From: Minisyncoccota bacterium
Lineage (GTDB): Bacteria; Patescibacteriota; Minisyncoccia; Phycocordibacterales; Phycocordibacteraceae
Length of the DNA stretch: 64,000 nt
Assembly (NCBI GenBank): GCA_022842945.1
Contig: JALHOO010000002.1
Location: 103,180-167,179 of the forward strand
Direction: 5' to 3'
The notes below the pieces were generated by a model. That model did no database searches. It saw nothing but the letters and a program-made list of their open reading frames with translations, and was not told the DNA's origin. Both the position numbers and the translations under genes were made by a program. Positions 1 through 9,179 of the stretch are shown in pieces (within the stretch, counting starts at the first letter, position 1; the number at the start of each line of letters is the position of its first letter).

Positions 1-712
1 CTGTTGATGCACGTCCCACAAGAAACCCGTCTACAAGGGTGCCGGTTGCAAGTGAGCGCACATCATCAGCATCAACCGACCCTCCGTAGAGAATACGCAC
101 CTTCTGATTTGCGCGTCCTGGCATGAAGTCTGCAAGCACCTTGCGTATGTAGAGCACCATCTCAGCAAGATCTGTTGGGGTTATGGCTTCAAGGTCTGTC
201 TTTCCGATAGCCCAGATAGGTTCGTATGCAACCACAACCGAAAGTCGCTCCTTTGGTGTAAGGGCTGCAAACACACTACTAATCTGCGCACGCACAAACT
301 TCAGGTATTGTGCTTCGGGATCGCGATCTGCTTCTCCGACACAAATTATAGGTGTCATCCCATGCGCGAGTACGTGCCGCGCCTTCTCCGTAACAATCTC
401 ATCCGTTTCTCCACGCGCACGACGCTCTGAGTGTCCCACGATCACGTATGAAACCCCGATCTCCCTAAGCACTCCTGCGGTTACTTCTCCGGTTTTTGCA
501 CCTCCAACGGTTATGGATACATCCTGAGCACCCAGAGCAGGCACGTCCTTTACTGACGGACGCAGCGGCGCGAGCATACCAATATAAGGAAACGAGGGAG
601 CGATAACAATCTCATGCACACCCTTAGCACCAAGACGCCTTGCACCTGCACAAAGTGCTTTGGCTTTCGCCTTCGATTCCACGTATGCTTTCCAGTTTCC
701 AACGATTAACAT
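1..712 (-). CDS. tpiA: Triosephosphate isomerase (runs off window edge)
   Basis: Manual translation from ATG at 712: MLIVGNWKAYV..., with GHSERR, VAYEPIWAIG and ILYGGSV motifs. Not in the ORF track because it is partial. Confidence 0.95.
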   Translation of the reverse strand, partial: MLIVGNWKAYVESKAKAKALCAGARRLGAKGVHEIVIAPSFPYIGMLAPLRPSVKDVPALGAQDVSITVGGAKTGEVTAGVLREIGVSYVIVGHSERRARGETDEIVTEKARHVLAHGMTPIICVGEADRDPEAQYLKFVRAQISSVFAALTPKERLSVVVAYEPIWAIGKTDLEAITPTDLAEMVLYIRKVLADFMPGRANQKVRILYGGSVDADDVRSLATGTLVDGFLVGRAST

Positions 713-788
713 GGCTAAATCGTAGCACGCCCACGCAAAGGGCCCGGAACGTGCGTGCCGGGCCCTGGGATTACCTTCCTTGCAGAGA

Positions 789-1067
789 CTACCTGGAAAG
801 CATCGGGAGAGCGTTGCCTGTCTTGAGATACAGCGCAATGAGGTCTTCGTTGTCGTTGTGCGTCCAGACCTCGAGTGCCTTGCCGTGAAAATCCTTTCTG
901 AAATGGAGCCACAAAGCACCAAAAAGAAGGAGCGGCAGGATAAAGCCAGGGATGCTGTACGAACCAGCCACGAAGAACCATACCCCGAAGACGACAGGTC
1001 CCAAGAAAAGTTCTATCGCAAAATATCCGAGAGTCTTCAGCACGCGTTCACGCTCGGTATACCTCAT
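789..1067 (-). CDS. Small two-TM membrane protein, unknown function
   Basis: ORF 789..1157; likely start MRYTERE at 1067; two hydrophobic segments. Confidence 0.5.
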   Translation of the reverse strand: MRYTERERVLKTLGYFAIELFLGPVVFGVWFFVAGSYSIPGFILPLLLFGALWLHFRKDFHGKALEVWTHNDNEDLIALYLKTGNALPMLSR

Positions 1068-1168
1068 CGCCCTTCTGCCATTAGCGTCTATGATCTGTAT
1101 CATGAGGAACTTCCTCCTTTCTAAGGAGAACACTAGCACGCCCTTATGCTGGTTCAAATATTCTTCAG

Positions 1169-2620
1169 CTACTCCTCCCTCCAGTCTACAAACTCATAAT
1201 CTGTAGAGGTTGTAGGCGTAAAGGGCGGCGGGTCTGTTGAGAGCTTTCGGTCAAACGCATCAACGCGCGTCTGGTACCCTGCCTGGTTGTTTGATCCACA
1301 ATCAACCCCCGTCCACTTTGTTCCCGTACGCAGGTTTGAGACAGTCGTACCAAGAATAGTTAGAGAGGTGCGAGGCTCATACGAGGTATTACATCGGTCA
1401 TCATTCGCGTTTCGCCAGTAATAGTTGCGACCAAAGGCGCCCCCTTGGGCAACAAAAATGCCGTTCAATGTCATGTTCTGCGGGGAATTTGGCGTAACGA
1501 GCACGTTGTTCTCGGCAATAACTGTAAGTCCATCAGTACCGTCTGTTGCTGCATACGTTAGATTGCCCGGAAGCATCACGTTTGGCTCTATGCCTGTAGT
1601 TACTACGTTTGCCGCAACCACGGTTACCTTCCTATCAACCACTCCCTCAATCCATACATTGTCCTCTACATAAATGAGTCCGCACCCTGCAGGTATCGTG
1701 AGCGTTGAGTAGAAGCTTTCTGAAGAGATAAGGGTACGGTCCGGTAGCGCATCGTCTGACGTGTTCACGTGTGTCGAATGCAAGAGCGTGGTGTTCGTTA
1801 CGCGACGCACCGTTACCGTTCCATTCCCATTAAAGATGAGGTGGTATCCGTCCCAGTAGTTCTGGTTCCCCGTGTTCGTGCCGGTACTATATCGCGGAAG
1901 GTAGTGTCCTGACGCAATCGCTCGTGTCTTCAAACTTGAGAAGTCTGCCGCAATACCACTGAAATCAACCTGAGGCACCGGGTATCCCCACAATGTCTGG
2001 TTCGGTCCATTCCCCCACACACCAGTCTTTGTCTGATTAGGTGAACACCCGAAGGACGAGGTACAGAGCCAGGAGGATAAGGAGCTCGTAACTGGAGAGT
2101 TGGACGTACCGTCCATACGCACACCCCCATTGCTGTGATACGGACCAAGAATAACGCGGTCTTCCCCCGCCCACACACTGTCGTTCAGAATGTACGAGAA
2201 GCGCGCAACCGTTGGTCGCGCATAACGTGCCGTTATGGTGCTCGAAACATTTGGCGCGGCCTCGGGAGTCCCTGTAGAACGGATATCAATCGAGCTTATC
2301 GCTCCGCACGATGTGTTACCAGTTATGGCGAGCTCTATGATTCCCGCATTCCCGCCCTCTGGGTCTGCATAGGGAATGGTGTAAGGACCCGGCACTCCCG
2401 TGCCGTTCTGCAAATCGTTTGGGTAGTGTGCCAAGAACCAGCGATAGTACTCGAGACCTGCCTCAGCAATGGCCGTTGCCTGCACACTCTGCGTTGCTGT
2501 AGATTGTGCTCGGTTCTCGGTTAAAACAAACCCTGAAAGAGCACCCAGTACCGTAAGGAATATCGCACCAAACACGATGGCGAGGAGCATGAGGTAGCCG
2601 CGTACAGGTTCGTGTTTCAT
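1169..2620 (-). CDS. PilX-like minor pilin with large C-terminal domain
   Basis: RG|YLMLLAIVFG prepilin-like N-terminus, AEAGLEY PilX motif, last gene of the pilin cluster. Confidence 0.8.
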   Translation of the reverse strand: MKHEPVRGYLMLLAIVFGAIFLTVLGALSGFVLTENRAQSTATQSVQATAIAEAGLEYYRWFLAHYPNDLQNGTGVPGPYTIPYADPEGGNAGIIELAITGNTSCGAISSIDIRSTGTPEAAPNVSSTITARYARPTVARFSYILNDSVWAGEDRVILGPYHSNGGVRMDGTSNSPVTSSLSSWLCTSSFGCSPNQTKTGVWGNGPNQTLWGYPVPQVDFSGIAADFSSLKTRAIASGHYLPRYSTGTNTGNQNYWDGYHLIFNGNGTVTVRRVTNTTLLHSTHVNTSDDALPDRTLISSESFYSTLTIPAGCGLIYVEDNVWIEGVVDRKVTVVAANVVTTGIEPNVMLPGNLTYAATDGTDGLTVIAENNVLVTPNSPQNMTLNGIFVAQGGAFGRNYYWRNANDDRCNTSYEPRTSLTILGTTVSNLRTGTKWTGVDCGSNNQAGYQTRVDAFDRKLSTDPPPFTPTTSTDYEFVDWREE

Positions 2621-2624
2621 AAGT

Positions 2625-3224
2625 CTATTCGCTGCGTAGGTTACGGAGCGTTGCCCCTGACTCAAGTCGGAGAATGTTCGGTGCACGAAGAGGATTAATA
2701 TCCACATCAAGACGAGCTCGGACAGAGCGCACACTCGCAATGTCTATAGCACCTGTTAACTCTACGCCATCCTCATCGAAGTATCGGAACACGGGCGTAT
2801 TCGCAGCATTCTTAACATACGTAGCGATAACCGTAGTCGTCTCTGACTGACCGGTGTACGAAGGCGGGTTGCCGGCGGCATTTGTAACGCCCTTATAAAA
2901 CGTATCTCCCGAACGATAGAGTCGCACCTTCTCAATAGCGGGGTCTGCATCGACATCTGCATGGAACGTAACACTTGAGGTTGCTGTGCCCGAAAGAGGA
3001 TACGCCCCATCCTCTCCATACGACGCCTCGCGCAATGAGGTAATGGACTCAGTAAGTCCCCTGCTCGCACTATCAACCGCACTTGTGGCTTCGAGCAGAT
3101 AGGCATTCGTACGATAGAAGTACGCAATCATCGAAAGGAGGCCGACGCCCACAAGTCCTGTAAGCGCAATAACCACGAGCATCTCTGCAAGTGTGAATCC
3201 CCTCATGCGCGCAGCAGTCATCAT
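2625..3224 (-). CDS. Type IV minor pilin (PilW/PulJ-like)
   Basis: RG|FTLAEMLVVI class III signal; ATGA overlap with the upstream gene. Confidence 0.85.
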   Translation of the reverse strand: MMTAARMRGFTLAEMLVVIALTGLVGVGLLSMIAYFYRTNAYLLEATSAVDSASRGLTESITSLREASYGEDGAYPLSGTATSSVTFHADVDADPAIEKVRLYRSGDTFYKGVTNAAGNPPSYTGQSETTTVIATYVKNAANTPVFRYFDEDGVELTGAIDIASVRSVRARLDVDINPLRAPNILRLESGATLRNLRSE

Positions 3225-4678
3225 TGCAGTATAAGCGTTGCCTCCGTAGCGGTGCCTGGCGCAATCGTATACGGAGGAGTCGAAGACGCCGTAACGATGG
3301 TGTATCCCGGAATCGAAAGCTCGTACACATCCCACTCAAGCGAGAGGGCTCGAACACCAAGCGCAGAGGTTGTTGTCGACACAATAGTCTTTGGTATAGG
3401 CACTCCAGCTCCCGTTGTGCCCTTCTTCTTAGCTCCTGTAAGGGTGAACGGGACATTGGGAAGCGGCACGGGCCCTTCATCAAACGCAATGGTCCACGAG
3501 GCAATCGCTGGTGTCGAGATACCGTCCGAGCTGAATTGCGCACGAACCTGTAGAGCGGGGTATGTAGTAGTTGATACTGCCGAAAGATCTATAGGAAAGG
3601 TACTGAATCCGCTCGTATTTCCTGGAAGCACCGCGTCTGACAACAACGTTCCGGTGCTGTCAGCAATAGATACTAAGAATGACGTACCTGCAGGTGTCGA
3701 CGCAGACACCGCAAGAGAAGTCCATGCGGAAAGATACGAAGGAGCAAACGATACGGACCGCGCACTTCCAGAGAGCGCGTAGCTTAGCGGTGCACCCGAA
3801 AGCATGAGATTGCCCCCTGACACTTGTGTTGAGAGCATTTCTTGCATGAGTGAAGCATCTGTAAAGGTATCAATGGTTGAACTTGCACGTATCGGGGAGA
3901 AGGTTTTCATAACAAGCTGTGCGAGTACATCTATGGAGAACGTGCTGGAGGTTGTCTGATTCTGCGCAACCGTGAGATACCCGGGAGTTGGATTCTGGTT
4001 TGTTGCATCGCGCACATACGTCTCAGCGGTTGAGTACCCGTCCTTGGAAACGGTTATGCGGTAGTTGGTTGAGGTAGGGGCACCCGGGAGAAGCACGATA
4101 CCCTCAAGATCCGCAAAAGTAGTGAAGTCCACCACCGGACTTACGGTTGAGTTCTGAATGCGGACTCCGGCGCCCGGAACCGGCGCACCAAGCGCATCTA
4201 CGGTGTTAATGCGTAGTGTCCCTCCACCAGTCGTGCTTTCAATAGACGGGGGTGCAATGTTTGAAACTACTGCTACCTCACGCTCCTCCTGACGGAAGAT
4301 ATAGGTTGCGGTTACACGCACGCGCTTGTAGTCGGTTGTGATGCCGTTAGCGTCGCTCGCTCCCGTGCCGTCCTTGCTGTCGTCCACATACTGAATAAAG
4401 GTGCGCACACCATACGGAATACCGTTTAGGGTTGTTGTTGCGTACTGCGCCACAGGACCCGCAGGAATACCTCCAAGCGTACCAACCGAGTCATACGGCA
4501 AGGATCTCAAGTACTCGATGTGCGTCGTAGCAACCGCGGTAGCACCGGCCTTTGCTTTAGAGGAGGACGAGATGAGGAGAGACGCGCGCAAGAGCCCCAG
4601 GAGCGCGAGGAAGACAATGAGGATGAGTGCGACACCCACCACCACATCAATGAGCGACATACCGCGCGGTATCTTCAT
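3221..4678 (-). CDS. Large PilV-like minor pilin with carboxypeptidase-regulatory-like/beta-rich domains
   Basis: RG|MSLIDVVVGV prepilin signal; PVPGAGVRI...YRITVSKDGY pattern. Confidence 0.75.
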   Translation of the reverse strand: MKIPRGMSLIDVVVGVALILIVFLALLGLLRASLLISSSSKAKAGATAVATTHIEYLRSLPYDSVGTLGGIPAGPVAQYATTTLNGIPYGVRTFIQYVDDSKDGTGASDANGITTDYKRVRVTATYIFRQEEREVAVVSNIAPPSIESTTGGGTLRINTVDALGAPVPGAGVRIQNSTVSPVVDFTTFADLEGIVLLPGAPTSTNYRITVSKDGYSTAETYVRDATNQNPTPGYLTVAQNQTTSSTFSIDVLAQLVMKTFSPIRASSTIDTFTDASLMQEMLSTQVSGGNLMLSGAPLSYALSGSARSVSFAPSYLSAWTSLAVSASTPAGTSFLVSIADSTGTLLSDAVLPGNTSGFSTFPIDLSAVSTTTYPALQVRAQFSSDGISTPAIASWTIAFDEGPVPLPNVPFTLTGAKKKGTTGAGVPIPKTIVSTTTSALGVRALSLEWDVYELSIPGYTIVTASSTPPYTIAPGTATEATLILQ

Positions 4679-4706
4679 ACCGCTATGATAACGCACCAAT
4701 GCCGTA

Positions 4707-5915
4707 CTAAATCTTCTCTGAAAGAGAGTAGATCGGTGTAATCATCGCCATCGCAAACACACCCACGGCACTTCCGATAATGAGCATGAGAATGGGCTCG
4801 ATAATAGTTGAGAGATCCTTGGTGCGTTCTTCCACGTCAGTCTCGTAGTACTGCGCTACCTGTCCGAGCATGTCTGCTACTTTTCCGGTCTCCTCTCCCA
4901 CCGCAATCATGTCGCCCACAAATACCGGGTACAGCTTTGAGTGCTCTGAGAACGATACGGAAAGCGGCTCTCCTTTACGCACACGTTCTTCTGCTTCCTT
5001 CACCACCTTTCCAAAAGAGTTGTCCCCCACAACCTCTCCTGCAATAGAGAGCGCTGAAAGCATTTCAACACCTGAGGAAAGAAGGGACGACATGGAGCGC
5101 GCCGCACGCGCACTCATAGTCTCGCGTACGAGTTCTCCAATAACCGGAATGCGGAGAGCAAGGAAGAGCGTTACCTTCCCTCCCACCTTAGAACGAAGGA
5201 ACAGCATGAGCCCGGCAAAGAATGCCGCCACAAGCACGAGAACCAGCACAACATTGCCTGCCATAAAGTCTGAGACGTCCACAATGATGCGTGTCGCAAG
5301 CGGGAGCTCCACACCGAGCTCCTTAAACGTATTCGAAAGCGTTGGCACTACGAACATGAGCATCAGGATACCGATGACGACAATAGCGGAGAGAATAATC
5401 GACGGATATATCATCGCGCCCTTCACCTTCTTCTGAAGCGTATTTGCCTTGTCCATCTGCCGCGCTACAACCGCAAGGGACTCTGCGAGTGTTCCAGACT
5501 CTTCGCCAGCTTTCGTCATAGCAATAAAGAGATCAGAGAAAATCTTGCGATGCCGCGCCAGTGCCTCATGAAAGGCAGCTCCCTTCTTTACCTCGCTCTC
5601 AAGATCCATAACTATCTTCTTGAGGAACTTGTTCTTTGTCTGGCGCTCGATAACAGAGAGAGCGCGCGTAAGGGTGAGACCAGCTGCAATCATGGCAGCC
5701 AGGTTCTTCGTAAACGTAATCTTCTCGTCAGTCTTCACACCAGTCCCGATAGTCATCTGTGTCCACGCGGGCATACCGCCCGCACCTTCAAGCACTGAGA
5801 CAACCATCCCTCCTTCCTTCTCTACCTGCTCATACACAGCAAAACGACTCGCTGCCTCTATAACGCGCTTCTCTTCTCCTCCTTCAGCAGACTTCGATAC
5901 GACGCGGAATTTCAT
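4707..5915 (-). CDS. pilC: Type IV pilus platform protein PilC/GspF
   Basis: Two T2SSF repeats (AGEESGTL, VGEETGKV), KVKGAMIYP, IIEP. Confidence 0.93.
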   Translation of the reverse strand: MKFRVVSKSAEGGEEKRVIEAASRFAVYEQVEKEGGMVVSVLEGAGGMPAWTQMTIGTGVKTDEKITFTKNLAAMIAAGLTLTRALSVIERQTKNKFLKKIVMDLESEVKKGAAFHEALARHRKIFSDLFIAMTKAGEESGTLAESLAVVARQMDKANTLQKKVKGAMIYPSIILSAIVVIGILMLMFVVPTLSNTFKELGVELPLATRIIVDVSDFMAGNVVLVLVLVAAFFAGLMLFLRSKVGGKVTLFLALRIPVIGELVRETMSARAARSMSSLLSSGVEMLSALSIAGEVVGDNSFGKVVKEAEERVRKGEPLSVSFSEHSKLYPVFVGDMIAVGEETGKVADMLGQVAQYYETDVEERTKDLSTIIEPILMLIIGSAVGVFAMAMITPIYSLSEKI

Positions 5916-5981
5916 AGAAGAATCCTAGCATGCAAAACATGACAGGCCGGATTCTCGAAAGGAGAATCCGGCCTGCAGGTT

Positions 5982-6320
5982 TCAGTATCTGACCGACACC
6001 GGCCGACTCGCCGTGAGCGCAGAGAGCGCAGCAGCGACGAGCGTCACGATCTGTAGCAGTACCGCCCACCACGGAATCGTCCTGTCGCCAGTAAGACCCG
6101 AAACGAAGACGAGGATGGTGGCAGCGATGAATGCGATGAAGGACCACCGCGGACCGAGCCAGCAGAGAAGCCAGGCGAGAAGGCCCGAGACGACGGCCAC
6201 AATGACCGATACCATCGGCACAGGCGTGAGGAGCGAGCCGACGTTGTAGTGGGTGCTCACCAGGTAGCCAGCGATGGCCGCCAGAAGCACCGCAAGAAAC
6301 TCATACACACTGCGTGACAT
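5982..6320 (-). CDS. Four-TM membrane protein inserted in the pil operon
   Basis: ATG at 6320 preceded by GGAGA; hydrophobic throughout. Confidence 0.65.
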   Translation of the reverse strand: MSRSVYEFLAVLLAAIAGYLVSTHYNVGSLLTPVPMVSVIVAVVSGLLAWLLCWLGPRWSFIAFIAATILVFVSGLTGDRTIPWWAVLLQIVTLVAAALSALTASRPVSVRY

Positions 6321-6412
6321 GGGTATCTCCATACGAACGAGTCTGCCCGGGAGTCGGTGCAAAAAGGACGCGTTCCTGCGTCCTTTATACTCTCCCCAGT
6401 ATTTTCAGCAAC

Positions 6413-8167
6413 CTATTCTGCAACTGCCCGAAGCACCTCTTCAACAGACGTAATACCCCTCGTGGACTTGTAGAGTCCGTCCTCAAGCATGGTGAGCATG
6501 CCTTCTTTGCGCGCCTGCGCCTCTATCGCATCAGGAGATGCGCTATGAAGGATAAGGTCGCGAAGTGTTGGTGTAACCGTAAGAACCTCGTGAATACCGA
6601 TGCGGCCGGAGTATCCATCCTCGCATTGCGCGCTTGGTACCGCCTTATAGAACGGCACCGTATCAATCTTTGTTCCCTCTTTAACGAGCTTCTCCTCCGT
6701 TAGTGCGGCAAGCACGTTGTCAAAATGGTCTTCGCTCGCAATCTTGCCTCGCTCCACACTGTCGAGCGCGTACTCTTCTTTTCCGTCACACAGACGACGC
6801 ACCAAGCGCTGTCCCATAACCATGCGGAGTGTGGAGACGAGAAGAAACGGTTCAACACCCATATCCATAAGACGCGGAATGGCACCAGCGGCAGAGTTCG
6901 TATGGATGGTTGAGAGCACAAGGTGTCCGGTGAGCGCGGCATTGATGGCAAGAGACGCCGTCTCTGCGTCACGGATCTCTCCCACCATAATTATGTTCGG
7001 ATCCTGGCGAAGAAGGGCGCGCAGACCATTCGCAAACGTAAACCCAATTGCAGGGTTAACCTGCGTCTGATTCACGCGCTTCATCTGGTACTCGATAGGG
7101 TCTTCAACGGTGGATATATTTACGTCCGGCGTATTAAGAATGTCGAGAATGGTATAGAGGGTCGTTGTCTTTCCGGAACCGGTTGGTCCTGAAATAAGAA
7201 TGATGCCAGTGGTTTGCTTCATTGCCTTGTGTACGCGCTCAAGTCCCTGACCATGGAACCCGAGCACATCAAGCGTGAAGCCTTCACCCGTCTCGCGAAG
7301 AAGACGCATAACTACCTTCTCTCCAAAGTAGGTTGGAAGCATGGATACACGGAAGGACACCTTGTCAGTGTCGGTCTCCATCTTGAAGCGTCCGTCCTGC
7401 GGAAGACGCTTCTCGTCGAGCTTGAGGTTTGCAAGCACCTTAATGCGAGCAGTTATGCCGGCTGCTGCTGCACGCGGCAGAGTCATAGCGTCATGGAGCA
7501 CCCCGTCGATGCGATACCGCACGAGCACCTCAAGTTCCATCGGCTCAATATGGATGTCTGACGCCTTCTGAATAATGGCGTGGCGAAGAAGCGTATCAAC
7601 AATACGTACTATAGGAAGATCCTCGGCCATCTTCTTCAAGTCTTCTCCGGACACATCGTCTCCTGGTTGCCCGTCCTTTATAAGGTTAATGCGTCCAGCT
7701 TCAGTGGTAATAAGATCGCCGAACTCTTCCTTGAGAGACTTTTGGTACTGCAAGAGGACGTTCTTCAAAGACTCGTCGTCGGTAAGGCGCGGGAGAAGAC
7801 GAAGACCGGTAGACTTGCGAACCGAATCAATTGCAGGAAGATCTTCTGTATCAAGCATCGCCACTTCAAGCGTGTCCCCTTCTTTCTTGTACGCCACAAT
7901 GCTGTGCGTTCGTGCGATTGGTTCTGGGATAAGAGAGAGGACAGCAAGATCAATCTTCTTGTCCTTCAAGTTAACGAACGGAATGCCGAGCACGTATGCC
8001 TTTATGCGGCGAAGGCTGTCGCTTGAGAGAAGCCCCTGCGAAACAAGAATGTCTCCAATGGACTGCTTCTTTTGTTTTGCCTCTTCGTCTGCAGCATCAA
8101 CATCCTTCCGAGACACGAGTCCGGAGTCGAGAATGAATTCTTTGAGTTCGCTTTCAGAGACCTGCAT
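6413..8167 (-). CDS. pilB: Type IV pilus extension ATPase PilB/GspE
   Basis: GPTGSGKTTT, TVEDPIEY, LRQDPNIIMVGEIRD, GHLVLSTIHTN. Confidence 0.95.
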   Translation of the reverse strand: MQVSESELKEFILDSGLVSRKDVDAADEEAKQKKQSIGDILVSQGLLSSDSLRRIKAYVLGIPFVNLKDKKIDLAVLSLIPEPIARTHSIVAYKKEGDTLEVAMLDTEDLPAIDSVRKSTGLRLLPRLTDDESLKNVLLQYQKSLKEEFGDLITTEAGRINLIKDGQPGDDVSGEDLKKMAEDLPIVRIVDTLLRHAIIQKASDIHIEPMELEVLVRYRIDGVLHDAMTLPRAAAAGITARIKVLANLKLDEKRLPQDGRFKMETDTDKVSFRVSMLPTYFGEKVVMRLLRETGEGFTLDVLGFHGQGLERVHKAMKQTTGIILISGPTGSGKTTTLYTILDILNTPDVNISTVEDPIEYQMKRVNQTQVNPAIGFTFANGLRALLRQDPNIIMVGEIRDAETASLAINAALTGHLVLSTIHTNSAAGAIPRLMDMGVEPFLLVSTLRMVMGQRLVRRLCDGKEEYALDSVERGKIASEDHFDNVLAALTEEKLVKEGTKIDTVPFYKAVPSAQCEDGYSGRIGIHEVLTVTPTLRDLILHSASPDAIEAQARKEGMLTMLEDGLYKSTRGITSVEEVLRAVAE

Positions 8168-8298
8168 GCCGTTTGTAGTGAAAGTATAGCGCGGTAGCGC
8201 ATGTTTTTTGCGCATCTATATAGGTAGAACGCGTGGAAAAGAAAAAGCCGCGCGGTGGTGTGCCGCGCGGCCCTTCGAGTCCCGTGAAAATCAGATTG

Positions 8299-8952
8299 TC
8301 AGGACTGTTCGCCTGAAGAAATGATGAGCTCGAAAAGCTCCTTCAGGCGAGACTGGTACATCTCTAGAGGCATGCTCCTGAGCACCTCAACACGGCAAGC
8401 GTAGAGATGAGTATCGCTCAGCATCCTTGCTTTTGCCTCGGTCTCTTTATCGGTCTTCTCGTCCCCCTGGTTTCCCGTAAGAACAGAAGCGATTACGTCT
8501 GTGACGGACCTCCGCCGTATATAGAGTGGTATGCGAGCTCGATCAGGGATTCCTGACCATTGGCCAGTATGGCGACGTACTTCAAGTGAAGCGGTCGCCT
8601 CCAGCAAGTGGAATCTCTCGTTGAAGAACGAGAAGTCAGTAGCGCAGACTCGAACGATTCGGTCGAGTACAGTCCCCTCCTCAGTAGCAGCACGCACCAG
8701 CATCTTTTCGTGCGACTTTGTCTCATCTTCGACAATTGTAAGTAGCAGATCGGCCTTGTCTCTGAAGCTCGCGAACACAGCGCCGGTCGACATGCCCGCC
8801 CTTTTCGCTATGTCGCGGATAGTGGCCTGGCTGTAGCCACCTTCCATGAAGAGGGCTCGGCCTGCATTGATGACCTTCTTACGGGTCTTCGCCTTGGCTT
8901 GATGCCGACGATTGGGTAATCCCTTTTTGGTTATTCCAACCTCGTTGCTCAC
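8299..8952 (-). CDS. TetR/AcrR family regulator
   Basis: ATIRDIAKRAGMSTGAVFASFRDK helix-turn-helix. Confidence 0.9.
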   Translation of the reverse strand: MSNEVGITKKGLPNRRHQAKAKTRKKVINAGRALFMEGGYSQATIRDIAKRAGMSTGAVFASFRDKADLLLTIVEDETKSHEKMLVRAATEEGTVLDRIVRVCATDFSFFNERFHLLEATASLEVRRHTGQWSGIPDRARIPLYIRRRSVTDVIASVLTGNQGDEKTDKETEAKARMLSDTHLYACRVEVLRSMPLEMYQSRLKELFELIISSGEQS

Positions 8953-9048
8953 TTTCTGGCTCCCTCTAAGCGCCTAGGCGCGTTCATTTCCGCCTTTAGA
9001 GAAACACTAATTATCAGAAACGTCAATGATTTGCATGAACTCTCCATA

Positions 9049-9117
9049 TTGACCTTGTACCTATATATGGTATCTTCTACCTATCTGGAATGTCCGCACC
9101 TGCGGGCATTTATTTTT
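9049..9117 (+). promoter_or_regulatory. nusA promoter and leader terminator/attenuator
   Basis: TTGACC (9049) and TGGTATCTT (9068); hairpin AATGTCCGC-acct-GCGGGCATT followed by TATTTTT. Confidence 0.65.
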
Positions 9118-9179
9118 AGGAATCCAGAGTTACGTGCGAAAATAGAATAACAGCGTGCGAACAACTAAATAACGGACCT

